NCBI GenBank assembly: GCA_963555995.3
Contig: OY821641.1
Coordinates: forward strand, 1,888,001 to 1,952,000
Origin: Vicinamibacteria bacterium
Lineage (GTDB): Bacteria > Acidobacteriota > Vicinamibacteria > Marinacidobacterales > Marinacidobacteraceae
Reading direction: 5' to 3'
DNA length: 64,000 nt
In this document: one piece after another, positions 56,189 through 64,000 of the stretch
How positions within the stretch are numbered: the first letter of the stretch is position 1
How the letters are laid out: the number at the start of each line of letters is the position of its first letter
The notes under the pieces: model-generated
Database searches by the model: none
What the model was told of the DNA's origin: nothing
The model's input: only the letters and a program-made list of their open reading frames with translations
Position numbers and translations under genes: made by a program

Positions 56189-58758
56189 CAGATCTCCTGG
56201 CGGAGAGCGGTCGCGTCCAGGCGGGAGGCCAGCCGCACGGGAAGGACGGCCGCCAGGAGACCCGCGAGCACTACCGCGGCCCCCTGCGCGGCCAGGACTC
56301 CGAGCGGCCAGTGGAGCGTCAGGGTCCAGCCGAACCACGCCGGGTTGACGACCTGGACCAGGAGCAGCGTGAGCACGGCGCCCGCGCCGCCGCCGATGAG
56401 CAGCGAAATCCCGATGATCACCAGTGTCCGGCCGAGAAAGCCCCCGGCGACCTGTCGGCGGTTCGCCCCCAGGGCCCGGTGGAGCGCCACTTCCGCGGCT
56501 CGCTCGCGCACCAGCGTCCAGAGGAAGAGCCCGACCCCGAGCGCCGCGATCACCAGGGCGAAGACGCGCAGCAGCCCGGTCACCGCCATCGTCTGGTCGA
56601 ACACGTCCAGCGCCCGTGACCGGAGTGCGGCGTTGTCCACGACGTTCGCGCTCAGCCCCAGCGCCCGTTCCAGACGGGTGACCGCCGCCCCCCGATCAGC
56701 CCCCTCCCGGAGGTACAGGGCGGCGCCGTGAACGGGCGCCGGCGTCCCGGGCTCCGGCGGGTAGAGAGCGTTCATGAGCGTCCGGTCCAGGAACAGCGCC
56801 CCCTGTTCGTTCCCGTAGTCCCGGTAGACCCCGGCGACCCGTAGCGGACGGTCGGTCGTGGCGGCGGGAAGGGACAGCGCGGCCCCTGCTTCGAGACCCA
56901 GCCGCCGCGCGAGCGGCTCGGACACCAGCAGCTCCCCCTTGCCGAGTCCCGCGAGCGCCGCCTCCGGGTCTCCCAGAATGGAAAAGCGGTCTCCGGCCGC
57001 AGGAAGGACCGCGTCCACGCCCAGCACCGCAACCGGCCGCCCATCGAGCCGAATCCGCAACGCCCGCAGCAGATCCCGGTCCCGAACGTCCGGATCCGCG
57101 GCGGTGGCCGCCAGCACCTCGGCGGAAAGGGCCCGGCGCTCGGACGCGATGGATCGCGCCCCGCCCGCTCCCCCGGCCCGCGAAACGTAGATGTCGGCGG
57201 CCAGCGTCTCGCCCAGCCAGTCGTCGAGCGTCGCCCGGAAGCTCCCGATCAGGGAACTCACCCCGACCAGCATGGCGACCGCCACCACCAGCGCCGCCGC
57301 CGGCGGTCCCGTGGAGCCGGGCTCCCGGAGGGCCGCGAGGATGCCCCGGCCGACGGCGGAGTTCTGCCCGGCCCGGAAACCCGCCGCCAGCCGGATCGCC
57401 GCGTCCGGGAGGAGCGCCGCCCCGATGAGCAGCGCGCCGGCGGCCCCGAAGCCGCTTCCCACGATTGCGGGCCAACTCGCGGGATCGAGAGCCGCCCACA
57501 CCGCAGTTCCGATCAGCGCCGTCCCGGCGGCCGGCGGCCAAAGGCGCCAGAAGCGGCGGCGCGCGGGGGACAGCGACGCTCGCCCCGGGGTGAGCAGGGT
57601 CACCGGCGCGCGGGACGCCTCCTGGAATACCTGCGGCGCCGCGCCGGCGAGCGCCGCCGCCACGGCGACGAGCCCCGCCAGCAGCACGACCTGCGGAGCG
57701 ATCGTCAGTCCCTCGATCCGCTCCAGCAGGTAGAGGTTCGAAATCGTCGCGCTGACGCGGTCCAGCGAAGCGCCCGCGGCCAGGGCGCCCACCGGGATGC
57801 CGAGTGCGGCGCCGGCGAGCGCCATGAGAAACACCTCGCCGAGAAGCAGCGCCCCCACGCGTCGGCCCGATGCCCCGAGCGCCCGGTAGAGGCCGATCTC
57901 CTGGCGGCGCGCGGCGAGCGCGGCGCGGACGCTCGCGTACACCAGGAACGCCGCCACCAGCAGGCTCACCGCGGAGAGCGCGAGGAGATTCAGCCGGAAC
58001 GCCGAGAAGAGCTCCGCCCCTTCCGCGCGCAGGGTTCCACTCTGCTCGATCCTGACTCCGGGAATCCGGGCGGACAGCGCCCTCCGGATCGCTTCTACGT
58101 CCGATCCTTCCGCCGCGGACACCTCGATCCGGTCCAGGCCCGGCCGTCCGCGGAGCGCCTGGGCGTGGGCGAGGTCCAGGAACGCGGACGCGCGCCCGTC
58201 CTCGCCGGGGACCGTCCCCGCCACCAGCGTCGGGCGGCGGTCCGCGGGGCCCGCGCCGCCGGGTCCGATCCACACCGGGTCGAGCGGACCGACCCCGAGC
58301 CGATCCGCGACCCGCTCCGGTAGGACGATGCCTCCGGAGAAGAAAGCCTCGGGAGCGAAAGTCCCCTCGCCCCCCTCGGAACCTGCGAAATCGAAGGACC
58401 CGGAAACCATGTCCACTCCCCACCCGGGGACGGATGCCTCCTTGTCGAGGGTTCCCACCCGGAGTCCGGCCAGGCGGATCACCGGCGCGGCGCGCCGGAC
58501 GCCCCGGGTCGCGAGCACAACCGGCCACGCCTCGTCCGGGACGCTTCCGGCTTCCTCCACGAGGCCGGTCACGACGAGGTCGGCGCCAGCGGACAGGACA
58601 TCGAGACTGGCGTCGAGGGTCTCGAGCGCCGCCCGGTTCAGGAGCTGTACCGACAGCACCGCCCCGGCACCCAGCGCAATGGCGAGGACCGGGAGCAGAC
58701 CCAGCGCGGGCGCCGCCCGAAAGCGGGCCGGCGCCGCCCGCAGCAGGAGTCGGATCAC
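56188..58758 (-). CDS. FtsX/MacB-type ABC permease (AttF/G-like, duplicated halves)
   Basis: IALGAG..., RRQEIGLYRALGA, SFRATLDDWL, GVYRDYG, ERAAEVALHRALGA, FGWTL. Confidence 0.88.
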   Translation of the reverse strand: MIRLLLRAAPARFRAAPALGLLPVLAIALGAGAVLSVQLLNRAALETLDASLDVLSAGADLVVTGLVEEAGSVPDEAWPVVLATRGVRRAAPVIRLAGLRVGTLDKEASVPGWGVDMVSGSFDFAGSEGGEGTFAPEAFFSGGIVLPERVADRLGVGPLDPVWIGPGGAGPADRRPTLVAGTVPGEDGRASAFLDLAHAQALRGRPGLDRIEVSAAEGSDVEAIRRALSARIPGVRIEQSGTLRAEGAELFSAFRLNLLALSAVSLLVAAFLVYASVRAALAARRQEIGLYRALGASGRRVGALLLGEVFLMALAGAALGIPVGALAAGASLDRVSATISNLYLLERIEGLTIAPQVVLLAGLVAVAAALAGAAPQVFQEASRAPVTLLTPGRASLSPARRRFWRLWPPAAGTALIGTAVWAALDPASWPAIVGSGFGAAGALLIGAALLPDAAIRLAAGFRAGQNSAVGRGILAALREPGSTGPPAAALVVAVAMLVGVSSLIGSFRATLDDWLGETLAADIYVSRAGGAGGARSIASERRALSAEVLAATAADPDVRDRDLLRALRIRLDGRPVAVLGVDAVLPAAGDRFSILGDPEAALAGLGKGELLVSEPLARRLGLEAGAALSLPAATTDRPLRVAGVYRDYGNEQGALFLDRTLMNALYPPEPGTPAPVHGAALYLREGADRGAAVTRLERALGLSANVVDNAALRSRALDVFDQTMAVTGLLRVFALVIAALGVGLFLWTLVRERAAEVALHRALGANRRQVAGGFLGRTLVIIGISLLIGGGAGAVLTLLLVQVVNPAWFGWTLTLHWPLGVLAAQGAAVVLAGLLAAVLPVRLASRLDATALRQEI

Positions 58759-59486
58759 CGTGCGGTGGAGGAGGGCGGCAACTCAGCGGCGAAAAGCCGT
58801 CCGCCGCGCAGCCGCAACCGGGTGTCGGCCCGGGCGGCGAGCTCGAGGTCGTGCGTCGCGAGCAGCAGTCCGGCGCCCCGGTCTTGGGCCAGGCGGAAGA
58901 GCAGGTCCGCCACCGCGCCGGCGCCGCGCGCGTCGAGGTTGCCGGTCGGTTCGTCGGCCAGCAGCAGCGCGGGGCGCAGCAGGAGCGCCCGGGCGATCGC
59001 CGTCCGCTGCATCTCGCCTCCCGAGAGCCGCCGCGCCGGCTCGCGGGCGCGGCCCTCCAGTCCGACCGCCGCCAGCAGGCGGTCGGCGGCGGCGTCCACC
59101 TCCATCGGGTCCCCGTCCCCGCCCGGCGCCTCGCGGACGCCCGCGATGCGCGCCGGCAGCAGCACGTTCTCCCGGACCGTCAGGTAGGGCACGAGATGGA
59201 AGAACTGGAACACGAGCCCCACGAATCGGCCGCGCAGCCGGCTGCGCTCCGGATCGGAGAGCCCGGCCAGCGCTCTCCCCCCGAGGCGAACGGTCCCTTC
59301 GCTGGGGACTTCGATGCCCGCCGCAATGTGGAGCAGGGTGCTCTTCCCGCTGCCCGAACGTCCGGCAACCGAAACGGTCTCGCCCCTTCCGATGCCCAGG
59401 CTGACGGAGTCGAGGACCGTCAGTTCCGACCCGTCTGCCTGCGGATACCGTCGAACGACCCGATCCAGCTCCAGGACGGGGCTCAT
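58755..59486 (-). CDS. ABC transporter ATP-binding protein (LolD/AttE-like)
   Basis: GRSGSGKST, VFQFFHL, LSGGEMQR, LADEPTGNLD, ATHD; ATGA overlap with xdhC. Confidence 0.93.
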   Translation of the reverse strand: MSPVLELDRVVRRYPQADGSELTVLDSVSLGIGRGETVSVAGRSGSGKSTLLHIAAGIEVPSEGTVRLGGRALAGLSDPERSRLRGRFVGLVFQFFHLVPYLTVRENVLLPARIAGVREAPGGDGDPMEVDAAADRLLAAVGLEGRAREPARRLSGGEMQRTAIARALLLRPALLLADEPTGNLDARGAGAVADLLFRLAQDRGAGLLLATHDLELAARADTRLRLRGGRLFAAELPPSSTAR

Positions 59487-60487
59487 CCCACCGGAACGCC
59501 GTTGCGCGCCGCCACCACCTGGGCCATGACCGCGAGCGCGATCTGGTCGGGGGTCCGCGCCCCGATCGGAAGCCCGATGGGGGCCGCGATCCGGTCGAGC
59601 GCGGCTCCGGAAACCCCCCGTTCCCGGAGCCGGGCAAGGCGCTTCGCGTGCGTCTTGCGGCTGCCGAGCGCCCCCACGTAGAAGGCGGCGCTCTCGAGAG
59701 CCAGCGCGAGCGCCGGGTCGTCCAGCTTCGGGTCGTGCGTCAGGGTGGCGACCGCGGTGCTCGCGTCGAGCCCGATCCGCCCGAACCCCGCCTCGGGCCA
59801 CTCGTTCACGATTTCCACGCCGGGGAAACGCTCGGGAGAGGCGAACACCGGGCGCGGATCGCAGATCACCGGCCGGTAGCCGACCCGGGCCGCGAGACCG
59901 CAGAGCGTCTGCGCGATATGGACGCCGCCCACGATGACCAGCGATTCGGGCGGCAGGATGACGTCGCAGAAGACGGACCCGTGTTCCGTATCGCTCGCCA
60001 GCGGCCGGCCCGCGGCGAGGGCCGCATCGGCGGCATCGGCCAGCGCCGGGGACCCGGTTCCCGGCGATCCGGCGACCTGGACCAGGCTCTCGCCGAGCCT
60101 CGGCCCGGAGGTCACGACCGCGAGGCCCACGGCCTCCCGGCGGCTCATCCCCTCGCGGACCCGGCCCAGCAGCTCCCGGTCGGCCCGCTCGACGAACACC
60201 GTGAGCGATCCGCCGCAGGCGAGACCGACGCCCCAGGCCAGTTCGTCGGAGACCGCGAAGCGGAGGAGACGCGGCTCTCCGCTCTCGATGACCTCGCGGG
60301 CCGCTTCGACCACGCTGGACTCCACGCAGCCCCCGCTGACCGAGCCGGCGATCCGGCCGTCGCCGTCAATGGTCATCCGGGCGCCGGGACGCCTCGGTCC
60401 CGAACCCCAGGTGTGGACCACCGTGGAAAGCGCGAGCGGACCGTCCCCTTCGAGCCAGGCGTCCAGAACGGGAGCGATGTCGCGCAT
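59483..60487 (-). CDS. xdhC: XdhC/CoxF molybdenum-cofactor insertion chaperone
   Basis: GSGPRRPGA, GSVSGGCVE, GLACGG, THDPKLD, YVGALGSR, APIGLPIG. Confidence 0.92.
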   Translation of the reverse strand: MRDIAPVLDAWLEGDGPLALSTVVHTWGSGPRRPGARMTIDGDGRIAGSVSGGCVESSVVEAAREVIESGEPRLLRFAVSDELAWGVGLACGGSLTVFVERADRELLGRVREGMSRREAVGLAVVTSGPRLGESLVQVAGSPGTGSPALADAADAALAAGRPLASDTEHGSVFCDVILPPESLVIVGGVHIAQTLCGLAARVGYRPVICDPRPVFASPERFPGVEIVNEWPEAGFGRIGLDASTAVATLTHDPKLDDPALALALESAAFYVGALGSRKTHAKRLARLRERGVSGAALDRIAAPIGLPIGARTPDQIALAVMAQVVAARNGVPVG

Positions 60488-60507
60488 TCAGCAGTCCGTG
60501 GACAGGA

Positions 60508-61746
60508 TTATCGTGCGGCCGGGGACCGCCGCCCGGACAGGAGGCGCGGCGCAGCCGCGCGGCCCACCGGATCCAGCCTCGCCAGGTGCTCCGCCAGCGA
60601 GCGCACGCTCGCCAGGTTGTTCACGGGAAGGAAGTCGTGGATGTGGGGCAGCGCGGCGGCCATCCCCCGGGTGAGCGGCTCGTAGCCCTCATCGGACAGC
60701 AGCGGATTCAGCCAGACCACGCGCCAGGCGAGTCCGCGGAGACGCTCCATTTCGGACGCCACCAGCGCCGGGTCGCCGCGGTCCCAGCCGTCGCTCACGA
60801 GGAGCACCACTGCGGCGGAGGTGGGCAGGCGCCGCGCCCATTCGAGGTTGAACCGGTGGAGGGCTTCGCCGATGCGGGTCCCGCCCGACCAGTCGCGCAC
60901 CGCTTCCGAGGCTTCCCGGAGGGCGCGGTCCACCCGCCGGTCGGCGAGCTTGCGGGTGATCCGGGTGAGCCGGGTGGCGAAGACGAACGCCTCCACCCGC
61001 CCGGGCGACCCGTGCGAGAGCCCGTAGAGGAAATGGAGCAGCACGCGGGCCGTCTGCTCCATGGATCCGCTCACGTCGGCGAGCACGATGAGCGGACGCG
61101 GCTTTTCCCGGCGCCGGCGGCGTTCGAGGCGCACCCACTCGCCGCCCGAGCGGAGCCCCCGCCGCAGCGTCCGGCGCAGATCCAGGTTCCGGTTGCCGCC
61201 GGGCCGGAACCGCACCACCCGGCGGCGGGCCGCCCGCCATCCGGCGTCCCGGATCAGCGCCCGCACTTCCCGCAGTTCGTCCTCGTCGAGGTCGGAGAAG
61301 TCGCGGTGCTCGAGGGACTCGCGGTCGCTCCAGGTGCGCCGGGCGAACGGATGCCGCGGCTGCTCGTCCGAGCCGGCATCCCTGCCGGGGGCGGCCGGCC
61401 GGAAGGTCGCCCGCCGGACCGGGGAGCGCTGCTTCCGGAGCGTCATCCCGGGGAGCCGGGCCCGGGTCCACCGTTCGGGCGGCGTTTCCCAGAAGAGCGC
61501 GAACGCGGCGTCGAAGAGTTCGAGGTCCTCGCGCCGGTGAGTGAGCAGCGCGCGGGCGGCGGCATGGAACTCCTCGCGCCGGAAGACCTCGATGAGCGGG
61601 AGCGCCTGCGCCAGATCCAGCATCCGGGCGGTCGAGACCGGGAGCCCGATCCCGCGCAGCAACCGCCCGAAGAGGGTGAGGTTCTGGAGGAGCGGCGGCA
61701 GCGCCCGCGAGTGGCCCGGTTCTCTGCCCGGAATCGCGGCGGTCAA
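60508..61746 (-). CDS. coxE: CoxE-like VWA-domain protein
   Basis: DVSGSM MIDAS, FATRLTRIT, WSGGTRIG, SDGWDRG, WLNPLL. Confidence 0.9.
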   Translation of the reverse strand: MTAAIPGREPGHSRALPPLLQNLTLFGRLLRGIGLPVSTARMLDLAQALPLIEVFRREEFHAAARALLTHRREDLELFDAAFALFWETPPERWTRARLPGMTLRKQRSPVRRATFRPAAPGRDAGSDEQPRHPFARRTWSDRESLEHRDFSDLDEDELREVRALIRDAGWRAARRRVVRFRPGGNRNLDLRRTLRRGLRSGGEWVRLERRRRREKPRPLIVLADVSGSMEQTARVLLHFLYGLSHGSPGRVEAFVFATRLTRITRKLADRRVDRALREASEAVRDWSGGTRIGEALHRFNLEWARRLPTSAAVVLLVSDGWDRGDPALVASEMERLRGLAWRVVWLNPLLSDEGYEPLTRGMAAALPHIHDFLPVNNLASVRSLAEHLARLDPVGRAAAPRLLSGRRSPAAR

Positions 61747-62654
61747 GAGACCCCGGCGGCCAGCCGGGTGAGGATCGCCCCCGCCCGTTCCCCGCGGACC
61801 ATCTCGAGGTCGTCGCGGTACTTGAGCAGCGCCCCCAGCGTGCGGTCCACGGCGGCCTCGTCGAGCGCGGTCCGTCCCAGCGAGGCCAGCGCCATGGTCC
61901 AGTCGAGGGTCTCCGAGACCCCCGGCCGTTTGAAGAGGTCCAGCTCCCGCAGTTCCTGGGCGAAGCGGGTCGCCTCGGCGGCCAGTTGCGCCGCCGCCTG
62001 GGGCACCCGCTCGCGGACGATCTCGAGTTCGCGTTCGTAGCTCGGATACGGAATCCAGTGGTAGAGGCAGCGCCGCTTGAGCGCGTCGTGCACCTCGCGG
62101 GTGCGGTTCGAGGTGAGGACCACCACGGGCGGAGCGGCCGCGCGCATGGTGCCGATCTCGGGAATCGTGATCTGGAAGTCGGAGAGGACCTCCAGCAGGT
62201 ACGCCTCGAACTCCTCGTCGCTGCGGTCCACCTCGTCAATGAGCAGCACCGGGCGGTTTTCCGGAGACGAGGTCTCGATGGCGTGCAGGAGCGGACGGCG
62301 CAACAGGAAGTCCGCGCCGAAGAGATCCTGCTGTTCCATCGCGCTCCCCCGGCTCTCCGCCAGCCGGATGGCCAGCATCTGCCGGGTGTAGTTCCACTCG
62401 TAGGCCGCCTGGGCGATGTCGAGCCCCTCGTAGCACTGGAGCCGGATCAGGGGCGCGCCCAGAACGGCCGCCGTGACCTTGGCGAGTTCCGTCTTCCCGA
62501 CGCCGGCCTCGCCCTCGAGGAAGAGGGGGCGCTCGAGGCGGAGGGCCAGAAAGAGCGCCGTGGCCAGCGCGCTGTCGGCGATATACCCCTGCCCCGCGAG
62601 TTCCCCGGTGAGTTCGGGGACCGAGGAGAGAGTCGCGGTTTCCGTCGCGGCCAA
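61743..62654 (-). CDS. coxD: CoxD-like MoxR AAA+ ATPase
   Basis: GEAGVGKT, RLQCYEGLD, LIDEVDR, TSNRTREVHDALKRRC, KRPGVSETLDW; TTG start inferred. Confidence 0.92.
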   Translation of the reverse strand: MAATETATLSSVPELTGELAGQGYIADSALATALFLALRLERPLFLEGEAGVGKTELAKVTAAVLGAPLIRLQCYEGLDIAQAAYEWNYTRQMLAIRLAESRGSAMEQQDLFGADFLLRRPLLHAIETSSPENRPVLLIDEVDRSDEEFEAYLLEVLSDFQITIPEIGTMRAAAPPVVVLTSNRTREVHDALKRRCLYHWIPYPSYERELEIVRERVPQAAAQLAAEATRFAQELRELDLFKRPGVSETLDWTMALASLGRTALDEAAVDRTLGALLKYRDDLEMVRGERAGAILTRLAAGVS

Positions 62655-62658
62655 TCGC

Positions 62659-63513
62659 TTAGGACGCGCGCTCCGCCGCGACGGCCAGCGCGCGCTTCGT
62701 GTACACCCCGGCGAGGTGGGCCCGGAACTCTCCGGAGGCGTAGAGATCGCCGAGCGGCTCGTCGAAGGCTTCACCGACGCACGCCGCGGCGGCTTCGATC
62801 CGGTCCGCGCTGGCCGGGCCGCCGCAGAGCGCGGCGGCCGCCGCATCGGCGGTCACCGCCTTTCCGGTCACCCCGTTGATGCCGATCGCACAGCTCGCGA
62901 CGTTGCCGCCGTCCATGCCGACGCAGGCGGCCACCCCGACCACGGCGTAGCTGGAGGCCGGATGGCGGTGCTTCAGGTAGGCGCCGCCCGCCGCGCACGG
63001 TACCCGCACCGAAGTGATCACCTCGTTGTCGGCCAGCGCCGTGGTCAGGATGTCCACGAAGAAGTCGGCAGCGGTGATCGTCCGTTCGCCGCCGGCCCCG
63101 ACCGCGGTGATCTCGGCCCCGAGCGCCAGCATCGCGGCGGGATAGTCGGCGCCCGGATCGGCGTGCGCCAGGCTGCCCCCGATCGTCCCCCGGTTCCGGA
63201 CCTGGATGTCCCCGATGGCGGCCGCCGTCTCGGCCAGCAGCGGGCATCCACTCCGGACCGCCGCCGAGTCGGCCACCGAGGCATGGGTGGCAAGCGCGCC
63301 GATGACCAGGTTGTCGCCGTCGGCGGCGATGTCGGCCAGCCCCGGAATCCGCCCGATGTCCACGAGCGCGGCCGGCTGCGCGGCGCGCAGCTTCATCGCC
63401 GGGATGAGGCTGTGCCCGCCGGCGACCAGTTTGGCGTCCGGAAGCGAGGAAAGCAGCTCCACCGCCTCGGCGACCGAAGCGGCGCGGTGGTAGTCGAACT
63501 GGTTCGGATACAT
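62659..63513 (-). CDS. coxM: Molybdenum hydroxylase FAD-binding medium subunit (CoxM-like)
   Basis: FDYHR, AGGHSLIPAMKLR, IGDIQVRNRGTIGGSLAHADP; GAGGAG RBS. Confidence 0.9.
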   Translation of the reverse strand: MYPNQFDYHRAASVAEAVELLSSLPDAKLVAGGHSLIPAMKLRAAQPAALVDIGRIPGLADIAADGDNLVIGALATHASVADSAAVRSGCPLLAETAAAIGDIQVRNRGTIGGSLAHADPGADYPAAMLALGAEITAVGAGGERTITAADFFVDILTTALADNEVITSVRVPCAAGGAYLKHRHPASSYAVVGVAACVGMDGGNVASCAIGINGVTGKAVTADAAAAALCGGPASADRIEAAAACVGEAFDEPLGDLYASGEFRAHLAGVYTKRALAVAAERAS

Positions 63514-63541
63514 CGAAGTCTCCTCTTTCGCTGCTCGAGGC

Positions 63542-64000
63542 TCAGGCGGCGGCGCGGGCCGCCTGGACGGCCCGCCAGATCCGCTCCGGGGTGAGCGGCA
63601 GCTCGATGTGGGTGACGCCCAGCGGGGCGAGCGCGTCGAGCACCGCGTTCGCAACCGCCGGAGTCGCCGCGATGGTGCCCATCTCGCCGGCGCCCTTGAC
63701 CCCGAGCGGGTTGTGGGGCGACGGGGTCTCGATGCGGTCCACCTCGATCCCCGGCAGGAGATCGGCGCGCGGCACCGCATATTCGAGCAGGCTGCCCGAC
63801 AGCAACTGCCCGTCGTCGGAGTACACCCCGTTCTCGGTGAGCGCCTGGCCCACCCCCTGGACGACGCCGCCCTGGATCTGGCCCTCCACGATCATCGGGT
63901 TGATCACCTTGCCGACGTCGTCCACCGCCACGTAGCGGAGCACCCGCACCTCCCAGGTGTCGCGACAGACCTCGACCTCGCAGATGTGCGAACTCGCCGG
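63542..64000 (-). CDS. Xanthine dehydrogenase/CoxL-family large subunit, C-terminal fragment
   Basis: VDDVGKVINPMIVEGQIQGG, GVKGAGE, NAVLDAL, PLTPERIW; 5' end lies outside the window. Confidence 0.9.
   Translation of the reverse strand, partial: PASSHICEVEVCRDTWEVRVLRYVAVDDVGKVINPMIVEGQIQGGVVQGVGQALTENGVYSDDGQLLSGSLLEYAVPRADLLPGIEVDRIETPSPHNPLGVKGAGEMGTIAATPAVANAVLDALAPLGVTHIELPLTPERIWRAVQAARAAA

Noticed and set aside
62659-64000. Call as a true aerobic CO dehydrogenase
   Set aside because: The diagnostic CoxL active-site loop lies outside the window; only the family can be assigned.

Overview
Very GC-rich (roughly 70% by eye), densely coding bacterial chromosomal window. The gene content (Tat proteins, lipoproteins, M14 peptidases, TTT transporter, cox-type cluster) is reminiscent of Acidobacteriota/Gemmatimonadota, which is inference only. 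It holds about 50 CDS: rpmB, ilvBNC, pyk, apt, mtgA, sppA, CBS and a cystathionine lyase, ETF-QO, tctCBA, and a coxL(partial)-M-D-E-xdhC run coupled to an ABC/lipocalin module and puuD. It also holds tRNA-Arg(CCT), tRNA-Val(CAC), two VapBC modules, an AbiEi-like antitoxin whose toxin is reduced to a 35-codon remnant, and a RipA-like pseudogene. No integrase, transposase or CRISPR-Cas locus is visible. The most striking non-coding signal is a family of REP/REPIN-like palindromic elements with compensatory stem changes and GNA-triloop hairpins. One copy is amplified into a 10.3 x 82-bp all-hairpin tandem array between vapC and rpmB, and another pair brackets a complete promoter+tRNA-Val cassette. 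Unusual fusions include LeuD-LeuC, MeaB-methylmalonyl-CoA epimerase, and an AttH-lipocalin reading through into PuuD. All product calls come from recognising motifs by eye; no searches were run.
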